Source: Chloropicon primus (lineage: Eukaryota). Taken from it: a stretch of DNA of 64,000 nucleotides. This document shows, one piece after another, positions 38,601 through 51,301 of the stretch. Numbering within the stretch: position 1 is the first letter of the stretch; each line of letters begins with the position of its first letter. Location: the NCBI GenBank assembly GCA_023205875.1, contig CP060763.1, forward strand, positions 62,001 through 126,000, read 5' to 3'. The position numbers and the translations under genes were made by a program. The notes below the pieces were generated by a model that was not told the origin of the DNA, made no database searches, and was given only the letters and a program-made list of their open reading frames with translations.

Positions 38601-41600
38601 GAGGGTGTTGACGGTTCTGGTGGTGACCTTCGTTTCAAGGTTGGTACCGGTAACTCTGGTGACGGTGGTGACATCCTGTTCAGGGCAGGTGAGACCACGG
38701 ATACGGACTCTGCTGGTGGCAAGATTGCACTTAGTGGAGGCAAGGGCTCTAGTAATCACACTTATCATGGTGGAGTTGGTGGAGACATCTTGTTGACCGG
38801 TGGCGAGGCCCTCGGTAATGATGACCAGCATGACGTGGGTGGTGACATCTACTTGTCTGGTGGTCAGGCAGCCTCTGCCCGCGGTGGTGATCTCGAATTC
38901 AACACAGGATACAGTCAATCCACGGACAGTGGCTCCATGAGAATGAGCACCGTCGACTCTGGTTTTTATGGTGTGAGTGGATCCATGTCTTTCCGGACGG
39001 GCAAGACTACAAACGGAGAGTCTGGTGCGATTGAGCTTGAGACTGGTGAGGGTGTCGGAGGCTCTGGTGGCGACCTTCGTTTCAAGGTTGGTACCGGTAA
39101 CTCTGGTGACGGTGGTGATGTTCTTATTGCTGCCGGTGAGACCACATCCAATTCTGCTGTCGGAGGTAGAGTTTCTGTGGTTTCTGGTGCTGCTTCTGAT
39201 GGAGCTGGTGGAGACATTTCTCTGAGAGTTGGTCTTGGAAATCATGGCAAAGGTGGTGATGTTCTCATTGCTGCTGGAGAGACCACTGATGACGACTCCG
39301 CTGGTGGCAAGATTGCACTTAGTGGAGGCAAGGGCTCTAGTGATCACACTTATCATGGTGGTGTTGGTGGAGACATCTTGTTGACTGGTGGTGAGGCCCT
39401 CGGCAATGATGACCAGCATGACGTGGGTGGTGACATCTACTTGTCTGGTGGTCAGGCAGCCTCTGCCCGCGGCGGTGACATTCATTTGTCTGGAGGTCAA
39501 AGTGCCCTTTCCCGCGGTGGTGACATTGAATTCAAGACTGGATACAGTCAATCCACGGACAGTGGCTCCATGCGATTGAGCACCGTTGACTCTGGTTCTT
39601 CTGGTGTGAGTGGATCCATGTCTCTCAGGACGGGCAACACCTCATCAGGAGAGTCTGGCTTAATTGAGCTTGAGACTGGTCAAGGTGATGGAGGTTCTGG
39701 TGGTGACCTTCGTTTCAAGGTTGGTACCGGTAACTCTGGTGACGGTGGTGATATCCTGTTCAGGGCAGGTGAGACCACCGATGCTGACTCTGCTGGTGGC
39801 AAGATTGCACTTAGTGGAGGCAAGGGCTCTAGTGATCACACTTATCATGGTGGTGTTGGTGGAGACATCGTGTTGACTGGTGGTGAGGCCCTCGGTAATG
39901 ATGACCAGCATGACGTGGGTGGTGATATCTACTTGTCTGGAGGTCAGGCAGCCTCTGCCCGCGGTGGTGACATTGAATTCAAAACTGGTTACAGTGAGTC
40001 CACCAACAGTGGCTCCATGCGATTGAGCACCGTTGACTCTGGTTCTTCTGGTGTGAGTGGATCCATGTCTCTCAGGACGGGTAACACCACATCAGGAGAG
40101 TCTGGTGCGATTGAACTTGAGACTGGTGAGGGTGTTGATGGTTCTGGTGGTGACCTTCGTTTCAAGGTTGGTACCGGTAACTCTGGTGACGGTGGTGACA
40201 TCCTGTTCAGGGCAGGTGAGACCACCGATGCTGACTCTGCTGGTGGCAAGATTGCACTTAGTGGAGGCAAGGGTTCTGATGATTCCTCCGCTCATGGTGG
40301 TGTTGGTGGAGACATCTTGTTGACTGGTGGTGAGGCCCTCGGCAATGATGACCAGCATGACGTGGGTGGTGACATCTACTTGTCTGGTGGTCAGGCAGCC
40401 TCTGCCCGCGGTGGTGACATTGAATTCAAAACTGGTTACAGTGAGTCCACCAACAGTGGATCCATGCGATTGAGCACCGTTGACTCTGGTTCTTCTGGTG
40501 TGAGCGGATCCATGTCTCTTTGGACGGGTAACACCACATCAGGAGAGTCTGGCTTGATTGCTCTTGAGACTGGTGAGGGTGTTGATGGTTCTGGTGGTGA
40601 CCTTCGTTTCAAGGTTGGTACCGGTAACTCTGGTGACGGTGGTGACATCCTGTTCAGGGCAGGTGAGACCACCGATGCTGACTCTGCTGGTGGCAAGATT
40701 GCACTTAGTGGAGGCAAGGGTTCTGATGATTCCTCCTCTCATGGTGGTGTTGGTGGAGACATCGTGTTGACTGGTGGCGAGGCCCTCGGCAAGGATAATC
40801 ATACTGACGTTGGTGGTGACATCTACTTGTCTGGTGGTAAAGCGTCCTCTGCCCGCGGTGGTGATATCGAATTCAACACTGGTTACAGTGAGTCCACCAA
40901 CAGTGGTGCCATGCGATTGAGCACCGTTGACTCTGGTTTTTATGGTGTGAGCGGATCCATGTCTCTCAGGACGGGCAAGACTACAAACGGAGAGTCTGGC
41001 TTGATTGAGCTTGAGACTGGTGAGGGTGTCGGAGGCTCTGGTGGCGACCTTCGTTTCAAGGTTGGTACCGGTAACTCTGGTGACGGTGGTGATGTTCTTA
41101 TTGCTGCCGGTGAGACCACATCCAATTCTGCTGTCGGAGGTAGAGTTTCTGTGGTTTCTGGTGCTGCTTCTGATGGAGCTGGTGGAGACATTTCTCTGAG
41201 AGTTGGTCTTGGAAATAGTGGCAAAGGTGGTGATGTTCTTATTGCTGCTGGAGAGACTACGGATTCAGATTCCACAGGAGGTAACGTCGTTCTTGAAGGA
41301 GGAATGGGAAGCAGTGACGATGGAGTAGGAGGTGGAGTTGGTGGCGACCTCTCCTTTACAGGTGGTGACGCTCTTGGTGCTGCTGGTGCTTCTGATGATG
41401 GTGGCGACATATCATTGACTGGAGGTCAAGCAGCTGCAGCCAAGGGTGGTTCCATTTCAATCATGAGTGGATATAGTCAATCTTCTACAAGTGGTGGAAT
41501 TTTGATTGGAACTGACAATGCTGGCGTGTCTGGTGTGAGTGGATCCATGTCCCTATCGACAGGAAATGCTACTGCTGGAATGTCGGGCAAGATTGAGATT

Positions 41601-44600
41601 GAGACCGGTGAGGGTGTTGGAGGCTCTGGTGGCGACATTAGCTTCGCTGTTGGCACTGGTAATCTCGGTGATGGTGGTGGAGTGTACGTGACTGCTGGAG
41701 AGTCCACAGACTCTCGCAGTCAGGGTGGCAATATCACTATGACAGCTGGCCGCGGATCAGGTAACAGTGTGACCGGAGGTGACATTGTGCTGACTGCCGG
41801 TGAGTCTCATAATGAAAACTCTTCTGCAGATCAAAGCGAGATGTATGGCGGATCTGTTTACATTCAGAGTGGACACAGCACTGGAATCACGAGCGGTGAC
41901 GTTAGTATCAGCACAGACAACGCAGGCGTTTCCGGTGTGAGCGGATCCATGTCCCTTTACACGGGCAAGACCACTGCCGGCACGTCTGGCTTGATTGAGC
42001 TTGAGACTGGTGAAGGTGTCGGAGGCTCTGGTGGCGATGTCCACGTTTCAGTTGGTGCTGGAGACTTTGGAGATGGCGGTGAGATCAAGCTTACTGCAGG
42101 ATCCACTGTCCACGATGGTTCCACTGGAGGAAAGATCACCCTCCACGCAGGAGCTGGCGAGAATGAAGAAGCTGGCCCCTTGGGCATCTCTGGTGGCGAC
42201 ATTGAGTTGATTGCCGGAGAAGCTTTTTACGGACTGGGTGGCACCAATGATTTTGGTGGTAATATCCTTGTGTCTGGTGGTGAGTCTGAGATGGGCATTG
42301 GTGGCAACATAGAGTTGAAGAGTGGTTACGGTGTTGCCCAGACTAGTGGTCAAATCGACATCCACACGGCTGATGCTGGTTTGTCTGGTGTAAGTGGTCT
42401 TATGAGCATGAGCACCGGCAACACCACCAATGGCGATTCTGGCGTAGTCGATGTGAGCACAGGCAGTGCCATCAATGGTGCTGGAGGTCACATCGCTGCG
42501 AGCGTTGGAACAGGCAACAAGGGCAATGGAGGCGATGTGTATGTCCGTGCCGGTGAGACCACTGATGCGGCATCTTCCGGCGGCAACATTAAGTTAGTCG
42601 GCGGCATGGGTAGCAGCACTGCTCACACCGGTGGCGGTGTTGGCGGCGACATCTTGTTGACCGGTGGCGAGGCCCTTGGCTCTAATGACCAGACTGACGT
42701 GGGTGGTGATATCTACTTGTCTGGTGGTCAAGCCTCCACTGCCCGCGGCGGGGACGTTGAAGTGAGCACAGGATACAGTGAGTCCACCAACAGTGGCTCC
42801 ATGAGATTGAGCACCGTTGACTCTGGTTCTTCTGGTGTGAGCGGATCCATGTCCCTTTACACGGGCAAGACCACTGCCGGCACGTCTGGCTTGATTGAGC
42901 TTGTGACTGGTGAAGGTGTCGGAGGCTCTGGTGGCGATGTCCACGTTTCAGTTGGTGCTGGAGACTTTGGAGATGGCGGTGAGATCAAGCTTACTGCAGG
43001 ATCCACTGTCCACGATGGTTCCACTGGAGGAAAGATCACCCTCCACGCAGGAGCTGGCGAGAATGAAGAAGCTGGCCCCTTGGGCATCTCTGGTGGCGAC
43101 ATTGAGTTGATTGCCGGAGAAGCTTTTTACGGACTGGGTGGCACCAATGATTTTGGTGGTAATATCCTTGTGTCTGGTGGTGAGTCTGAGATGGGCATTG
43201 GTGGCAACATAGAGTTGAAGAGTGGTTACGGTGTTGCCCAGACTAGTGGTCAAATCGACATCCACACGGCTGATGCTGGTTTGTCTGGTGTAAGTGGTCT
43301 TATGAGCATGAGCACCGGCAACACCACCAATGGCGATTCTGGCGTAGTCGATGTGAGCACAGGCAGTGCCATCAATGGTGCTGGAGGTCACATCGCTGCG
43401 AGCGTTGGAACAGGCAACAAGGGCAATGGAGGCGATGTGTATGTCCGTGCCGGTGAGACCACTGATGCGGCATCTTCCGGCGGCAACATTAAGTTAGTCG
43501 GCGGCATGGGTAGCAGCACTGCTCACACCGGTGGCGGTGTTGGCGGCGACATCTTGTTGACCGGTGGCGAGGCCCTTGGCTCTAATGACCAGACTGACGT
43601 GGGTGGTGATATCTACTTGTCTGGTGGTCAAGCCTCCTCTGCCCGCGGCGGGGACGTTGAAGTGAGCACAGGATACAGTGAGTCCACCAACAGTGGCTCG
43701 ATGAGATTGAGCACCGTTGACTCTGGTTCTTCTGGTGTGAGCGGATCTATGTTTCTCATGACGGGCAACACCACATCAGGAGAGTCGGGAATGATTGCTC
43801 TTGTGACTGGTGAGGGTGTTGGAGGTTCTGGTGGTGACCTTCGTTTCAAGGTTGGTACCGGTAACTCTGGTGACGGTGGTGATATCCTGTTCATGGCAGG
43901 TGAGACCACTGATGCTGACTCTGCTGGTGGCAAGATTGCACTTAGTGGAGGCAAGGGCTCTAGTGATCACACTTATCATGGTGGTGTTGGTGGAGACATC
44001 GTGTTGATTGGTGGCGAGGCCCTTGGCAATGATGATCAGCATGACGTGGGTGGTGACATCTACTTGTCTGGTGGTCAGGCAGCCTCTGCCCGCGGTGGTG
44101 ATATCGAATTCAAAACTGGTTACAGTGAGTCCACCAACAGTGGCTCCATGAGTTTGAGCACTCAAGAATCGGGTTACACGGGTGTAAGTGGGAATATCAG
44201 TTTAGCAACTGGTCTCGCACATGATGGTGAGTCTGGCTTGATTGAGCTTGAGACTGGTGAGGGTGTCGGAGGCTCTGGTGGCGACCTTCGTTTCAAGGTT
44301 GGTACCGGTAACTCTGGTGATGGTGGTGATGTTCTTATTGCTGCCGGTGAGACCACATCCAATTCTGCTGTCGGAGGTAGAGTTTCTGTGGTTTCTGGTG
44401 CTGCTTCTGATGGAGCTGGTGGAGACATTTCTCTGACAGTTGGTCTTGGAAATAGTGGCAAAGGTGGTGATGTTCTCATTGCTGCTGGAGAAAGCACTGA
44501 TGACGACTCCGCTGGTGGCAAGATTGCACTTAGTGGAGGCAAGGGCTCTAGCAATTCCTCTGATCATGGTGGTGTTGGTGGAGACATCTTGTTGACTGGT

Positions 44601-47600
44601 GGTGAGGCCCTCGGCAATGATGACCAGCATGACGTTGGTGGTGATATCTACTTGTCTGGTGGTCAGGCAGCCTCTGCCCGCGGTGGTGATATCGAATTCA
44701 ACACAGGATACAGTGAGTCCACCAACAGTGGCTCCATGCGATTGAGCACCGTTGACGCTGGTTCTTCTGGTGTGAGTGGATCCATGTCTCTCAAGACAGG
44801 CAGCACGACATCAGGAGAGTCTGGTGCGATTGCTCTTGAGACTGGTGAGGGTGTTGACGGTTCTGGTGGTGACCTTCGTTTCAAGGTTGGTACCGGTAAC
44901 TCTGGTGACGGTGGTGATATCCTGTTCAGGGCAGGTGAGACAACTGATGGTAACTCCGCTGGTGGCAAGATTGCACTCACTGGTGGCATGGGCTCTACTG
45001 TTGATGGTGGTGTTGGTGGAGACATCTTGTTGACTGGTGGCGAGGCCCTCGGCTTTGACGACGAGACTGACGTTGGTGGTGACATCTACTTGTCTGGTGG
45101 TCAGGCAGCCTCTGCCCGCGGTGGTGATATCGAATTCAACACAGGATACAGTCAATCCACCAACAGTGGCTCCATGCGATTGAGCACCGTTGACTCTGGT
45201 TCTTCTGGTGTGAGTGGATCCATGTCTCTCAGGACGGGCAACACCACATCAGGAGAGTCTGGCTTAATTGAGCTTGAGACTGGTCAAGGTGATGGAGGTT
45301 CTGGTGGTGACCTTCGTTTCAAGGTTGGTACCGGTAACTCTGGTGACGGTGGTGACATCCTGTTCAGGGCAGGTGAGACCACGGATATAGACTCTGCTGG
45401 TGGCAAGATTGCACTTAGTGGAGGCAAGGGCTCTAGTGATCACACTTATCATGGTGGTGTTGGTGGAGACATCGTGTTGACTGGTGGTGAGGCCCTCGGC
45501 AATGATGACCAGCATGACGTGGGTGGTGACATCTACTTGTCTGGTGGTCAGGCAGCCTCTGCCCGCGGTGGTGACATTGAATTCAAAACTGGATACAGTG
45601 AATTTAGTGACAGTGGCTCCATGCGATTGAGTACTGTCAACGCTGGTGACTATGGTGTGAGTGGCAATATCAGTATATCAACTGGCAACACCACATTAGG
45701 CGAGTCTGGCTTCATCGAGCTTGAGACTGGTCAAGGTGTTGATGGTTCTGGTGGCGACCTTCGTTTCAAAGTTGGTACCGGTAACTCTGATGACGGTGGT
45801 GATATGCTGTTCAGGGCAGGTGAGACTACCGATGCTGACTCTGCTGGTGGCAAGATTGCACTTAGTGGAGGCAAGGGCTCTAGTGATCACACTTATCATG
45901 GTGGTGTTGGTGGAGACATCTTGTTGACTGGTGGCGAGGCCCTCGGCAATGATGACCAGCATGACGTGGGTGGTGACATCTACTTGTCTGGAGGTCAGGC
46001 AGCCTCTGCCCGCGGTGGGGATATGGAATTCAACACAGGATACAGTCAATCCACCAACAGTGGTTCCATGAGATTGAGCACCGTTGACTCTGGTTTCTCT
46101 GGTGTGAGCGGATCCATGTCTCTTAGGACGGGTAACACCACATCAGGAGAGTCTGGCTTGATTGAGCTTGAGACTGGTGAGGGTGTTGGAGGTTCTGGCG
46201 GCGACCTTCGTTTCAAGGCTGGTACCGGTAATTCTGGTGACGGTGGTGACATCCTGTTCAGGGCAGGTGAGACCACCGATGCTGACTCTGCTGGTGGCAA
46301 GATTGCACTTAGTGGAGGCAAGGGCTCTAGTGAGTCCTCCGCTCATGGTGGTGTTGGTGGAGACATCGTGTTGACTGGTGGCGAGGCCCTCGGCAATGAT
46401 GACCATCATGACGTTGGTGGTGACATCTACTTGTCTGGTGGTCAGGCAGCCTCTGCCCGCGGTGGGGATATGGAATTCAACACAGGATACAGTCAATCCA
46501 CGGACAGTGGTTCCATGCGATTGAGCACCGTTGACTCTGGTTCTTCTGGTGTGAGCGGATCCATGTCTCTCAGGACGGGCAACACCACATCAGGAGAGTC
46601 TGGCTTAATTGAGCTTGAGACTGGTGAGGGTGTCGGAGGTTCTGGTGGCGACCTTCGTTTCAAGGTTGGTACCGGTAACTCTGGTGACGGTGGTGATGTT
46701 CTTATTGCTGCCGGTGAGACCACATCCAATTCTGCTGTCGGAGGTAGAGTTTCTGTGGTTTCTGGTGCTGCTTCTGATGGAGCTGGTGGAGACATTTCTC
46801 TGACAGTTGGTCTTGGAAATAGTGGCAAAGGTGGTGATGTTCTTATTGCTGCTGGAGAGACCACTGATGACGACTCCGCTGGTGGCAAGATTGCACTTAG
46901 TGGAGGCAAGGGCTCTAGCAATTCCTCTGATCATGGTGGTGTTGGTGGAGACATCTTGTTGACTGGTGGTGAGGCCCTTGGCAATGATGACCAGCATGAC
47001 GTGGGTGGTGACATCTACTTGTCTGGTGGTCAGGCAGCCTCTGCCCGCGGCGGTGACATTCATTTGTCTGGTGGTCAAGGTGCCCTTTCCCGCGGTGGTG
47101 ACATTGAATTCAAAACTGGATACAGTCAATCCACCAACAGTGGTTCCATGCGATTGAGTACTGTCAACGCTGGTCAATATGGTGTGAGTGGATCCATGTC
47201 TCTTAGGACGGGTAACACCACATCAGGAGAGTCTGGCTTGATTGAGCTTGAGACTGGTAAGGGTGTCGGAGGCTCTGGTGGCGACCTTCGTTTCAAGGTT
47301 GGTACCGGTAACTCTGGTGACGGTGGTGACATCCTGTTCAGGGCAGGTGAGACCACCGATGCTGACTCTGCTGGTGGCAAGATTGCACTTAGTGGAGGCA
47401 AGGGTTCTGATGAGTCCTCCGCTCATGGTGGTGTTGGTGGAGACATCTTGTTGACTGGTGGCGAGGCCCTCGGCAATGATGACCATCATGACGTGGGTGG
47501 TGACATCTACTTGTCTGGTGGTCAGGCAGCCTCTGCCCACGGTGGGGATATGGAATTCAACACAGGATACAGTCAATCCACGGACAGTGGCTCCATGCGA

Positions 47601-49361
47601 TTGAGCACCGTTGACTCTGGTTCTTCTGGTGTGAGTGGATCCATGTCTCTCAGGACGGGCAACACCACATCAGGAGAGTCTGGCTTGATTACTCTTGAGA
47701 CTGGTGAGGGTGTTGGAGGTTCTGGTGGCGACCTTCGTTTCAAGGTTGGTACCGGTAACTCTGGTGACGGTGGTGACATCCTGTTCAGGGCAGGTGAGAC
47801 TACCGATGCTGACTCTGCTGGTGGCAAGATTGCACTTAGTGGAGGCAAGGGCTCTAGTGATCACACTTATCATGGTGGTGTTGGTGGAGACATCGTGTTG
47901 ACTGGTGGTGAGGCCCTCGGCAATGATGATCAGCATGACGTTGGTGGTGACATCTACTTGTCTGGTGGTCAGGCAGCCTCTGCCCGCGGTGGGGATATGG
48001 AATTCAACACTGGATACAGTGAGTCCACCAACAGTGGCTCCATGCGATTGAACACTGTTGACTCTGGTTCTTCTGGTGTGAGTGGATCCATGTCTCTCAA
48101 GACAGGCAGCACGACATCAGGAGAGTCTGGCTTGATTGCTCTTGAGACTGGTGAGGGTGTTGACGGTTCTGGTGGTGACCTTCGTTTCAAGGTTGGTACC
48201 GGTAACTCTGGTGACGGTGGTGACATCCTGTTTAGGGCAGGTGAGACCACCGATGCTGACTCTGCTGGTGGTAAGATTGCACTTAGTGGAGGCAAGGGCT
48301 CTAGCAATTCCTCTGATCATGGTGGTGTTGGTGGAGACATCTTGTTGACTGGTGGTGAGGCCCTCGGCAATGATGACCAGCATGACGTGGGTGGTGATAT
48401 CTACTTGTCTGGTGGTCAGGCAGCCTCTGCCCGCGGTGGTGATATCGAATTCAACACAGGATACAGTGAGTCCACCAACAGTGGCTCCATGCGATTGAAC
48501 ACTGTTGACTCTGGTTCTTCTGGTGTGAGTGGATCCATGTCTCTCAAGACAGGCAGCACGACATCAGGAGAGTCTGGTGCGATTGAGCTTGAGACTGGTG
48601 GTGATTCGCTGATGAGTGGTGATGTTCACTTGTTTTCTGGAGATGTTTACGGTGGAAAGTCAGGTAATGTCGTTTTAGAAACTGGCGAATCTTCTGGCGG
48701 TAGAAGTGGAAGCATACAACTTCTTGCTGGAGTTAGTAGCTATGATAAGGGTGGTGATGTCGAGGTCAATGCAGGGCAATCAACATCAGACAGTGATGGT
48801 GCTGGCGGTGACATTTCCTTGACATCAGGCCGAGGACACAGGGGTGGAAAAGGTGGAGACTTAAATATTGTTGGAGGTATAAGTGGAGAGCTTTATGGAA
48901 GAGGAGGGGACGTTTCAATTGATGGTGGCCACAGTGAAAGTGGAGTGCATGGCCAAGTTCGAATTGGAACAAAGAGTGATGAAGTTTACATGGGTGAAAT
49001 TGACTACTCTTCAGATCTTTTCTTCTATGGGCACAGCTTTGCTTATGGAGCAATGAGTGTTGGAGAAGAAAGAGGTACACCGGTAACAGAGCACTTCTCG
49101 TACATGACGGAAGAAGTTACGATTGGTACTCTGTTGCCTTCTCAATCTGTATCCTTAGTTTTACAGGTTGATGGTGTGAGAGTGGAGGACAATGTGAGTG
49201 TAAACTTCAGTGGTAGACTTGGAGGAAGAATTATAATGTCTTCCTCTATCATTGCAGACGGCGAAGTCGAGATTAATCTGGTGCATTCAGGATCTCCACC
49301 TGTTCCCTATGACATACCTAGCGGTACCTTCAGGGTGAATGTGTTCCAGTATCGCGACTAG
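14623..49361 (+). CDS. Giant intronless putative secreted Gly/Ser/Asp/Thr-rich repeat protein, ~11,578 aa after removing two 1-nt insertions (~26683 and 36917)
   Basis: ORFs of 4058, 3466 and 4190 aa carry the same repeat and switch frame at single extra bases relative to the repeat consensus. (34739-2)/3 = 11579 codons. Signal peptide MAKSLLSGTYALTLCILVLLLSPTKVGA. Unique C-terminal domain ending TFRVNVFQYRD*. Confidence 0.88.
20340..48600 (+). repeat. Intragenic coding tandem repeat: 447-bp/149-aa basic unit, 900-bp modules and a ~7.9-kb higher-order duplication
   Basis: Offsets of homologous ORF-track entries: 447 (20945/21392; 37127/37574), 900 (34063/34963; 41957/42857), 1795 (24929/26724) and 7894 (33046/40940; 34063/41957). 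Confidence 0.97.
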
Positions 49362-50040
49362 ATCGTCTGAGCATGGCGGTGAGCTTTGTTGAGGCCTTGA
49401 TGGTATTTTGGACCGAGATTGGAGACGAGGCCTTGGTGATGCATGTTCCAGGGTCCCCCCTCGTCTCAAACCGACACGTGACTGGATTGCTTCCAGAATG
49501 CAAACACACAGAGGAAGCTTGTGCGACGCCTTTCCCCCATTTTTAAAAGGACTAGCAAAGTTTCTTCGGGCTGGCCTTCGAAGACGTTGTTTCCTTCCTG
49601 TTCCCCCATTTATTTTGGAAGAAGCAGTGGACTCAAAGGCCCAAGCTAGAAGTGCATTTCCTAGCGTGTTTGCGGTGTGAAGAACTGGGTGCTTACAATG
49701 CAGCTCAAGTACATAAGAATGCAGCTCAGCCGGACCATGTGTTTTGCGTATTTTATAGCATTGGCGGCTATCGAGAGAGAGAGAGTCAATGCAGGAAAGA
49801 AAAAAAAGAGAAAAAAAAGAAGCAAACGGGTCATCGTCGTATGACTTATTGTTTGCCTGCAAGTGTAATATAAACTATATCGATTACTATCATTCAATTC
49901 TCCTCTCCTTTTGTCTTGACAGCAAGTGTCATTCGAGGTTCATCGGGATTCATTCGTCAAGAGTAATTTGTATAGTTCTTTCTTTCTCTTCTATTTAGGA
50001 TGACCCTCCAACCTGTTGGTCGATTCATCATAAAAAGAAC

Positions 50041-50838
50041 TTAGGAAGTCTCAGTGGCCTTGAAGGCATCGAGGACGTTAACCTTGAGCACCATGTCAGC
50101 GAACTTGGTCCTTGTGATGCTGCCCTTCTGGATAATCCTTCCAATCCTGGCACTCTCCTTCTCGATGTATCCCTCTCCCTTGGCAATGATCTTAGTCATC
50201 AACAAGTAGTAGGTCTCCCCTTCAAGGTGCTTTTCAGTCTCCGCCTTGGCCTTGTTCAACAAAAACGCCTCCTTGTCATCCGACGCCATGAATTCTTGGG
50301 CAAGCTTGTCGAGGTCCTCGTGCCTTCCAACAAGCTTATCCTGAACGAGAGCGAAGGAAAAACGAGTCCAGGGCATGATACGACGAAGAAAAAGTTGAGT
50401 CAGTACCAAAGCGCAAGCAACGCCAAAGGAGGAGAGGCACGAGCCCCCCCCCATAGTAGTCTGTGAACGAACAAATTCTAGTCACGCACCTGCTCCACAA
50501 AGCCCTTCAACTTTTTGAACATCTCCTCAGCCGTCCTTGGCCCGTTGTAGTCAAATGCAGAGTCAGCCTCCTCGATGCCAATGCCCCTGGAAAGGATCTT
50601 CAAGGTCGGGAAGCCGGTCACACCGAAGGGCTCTCCGAGAGACCTGTGCTTGTCGCAGTCCGCCTTCACAACCTGCACGAAGTTCGCCGTCATCGGATCG
50701 TTCTGAATCATCTCCGCAAGCTTCGTGTACTCGGGGGTCAACCTCTTGCAGTGTCCGCACCACGGAGCGTAGAACTCCGCTATCGTGATCTTCATGCCAT
50801 TCAATACCTCCTTCACGTTCGAAGGATCTAACACAAAA

Positions 50839-50875
<37 letters not shown>

Positions 50876-51167
50876 AAACAAAAACAAAAACAAAAACGCG
50901 TCAGCCGCCACCACCACCACCGTTACCGTCACCTCTCTCTACGTGTGCGGAAGCGGAGAAGCGTCGTAGCCATGGCACGCCTTCCTTTCCTTGCTTTCCT
51001 CGCAACCCAACCCAGCCCAACCCAACCCAAATGGTCTTTCCATGGTCCTTACCGAGATCAATGACGCCTGGAATGGCAACAGAAGGGTCTTGCGCTTTGG
51101 CGACGTGAGGAGCCACCACCGCCAGCATGGCGAGGGTCACCACCAAGGTCTTCGTGCTGTGCTTCAT
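50041..51167 (-). CDS. Protein disulfide isomerase-like (signal peptide, one WCGHC thioredoxin domain, ERp29 C-terminal domain); exons 51167-51053, 50827-50490, 50340-50041, ~250 aa
   Basis: EFYAPWCGHCKRLTPEY and FGVTGFPTLK. The helical C-terminus (GRHEDLDKLAQEF..YYLLMTKI..GEGYIEKESARIGRI..NVLDAF) is typical of ERp29c. Both introns are GT-AG and phase-consistent. Confidence 0.9.
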
Positions 51168-51264
51168 CGTCCTCGTCCTCGTTCTCGTCGTCGTTCTCGT
51201 CCTCGTTCTCGTCCTCGTCTTCGTCTTCAGCCGTCAGAAAAAAAATCTTTTCTCTGCTCTCTCG

Positions 51265-51296
51265 AGGTTTTTAGGTTTTTAGGTTTTAGGTTTTAG
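51265..51296. repeat. Short interstitial telomere-like tract (TTTT[T]AGG x ~4)
   Basis: AGG TTTTTAGG TTTTTAGG TTTTAGG TTTTAG. Confidence 0.6.
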
Positions 51297-51301
51297 CGGA
51301 G

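Noticed and set aside
20217..48383. Numerous short antisense and alternate-frame ORFs (MPPLSAILPP..., MSLRLVRV...)
   Set aside because: They are shadows of the giant repeat ORF and recur with its period.
14527..49361. Three separate ~4,000-aa genes
   Set aside because: The frames switch at single extra bases inside continuous repeat units. ORFs 2 and 3 have no credible start or signal peptide.
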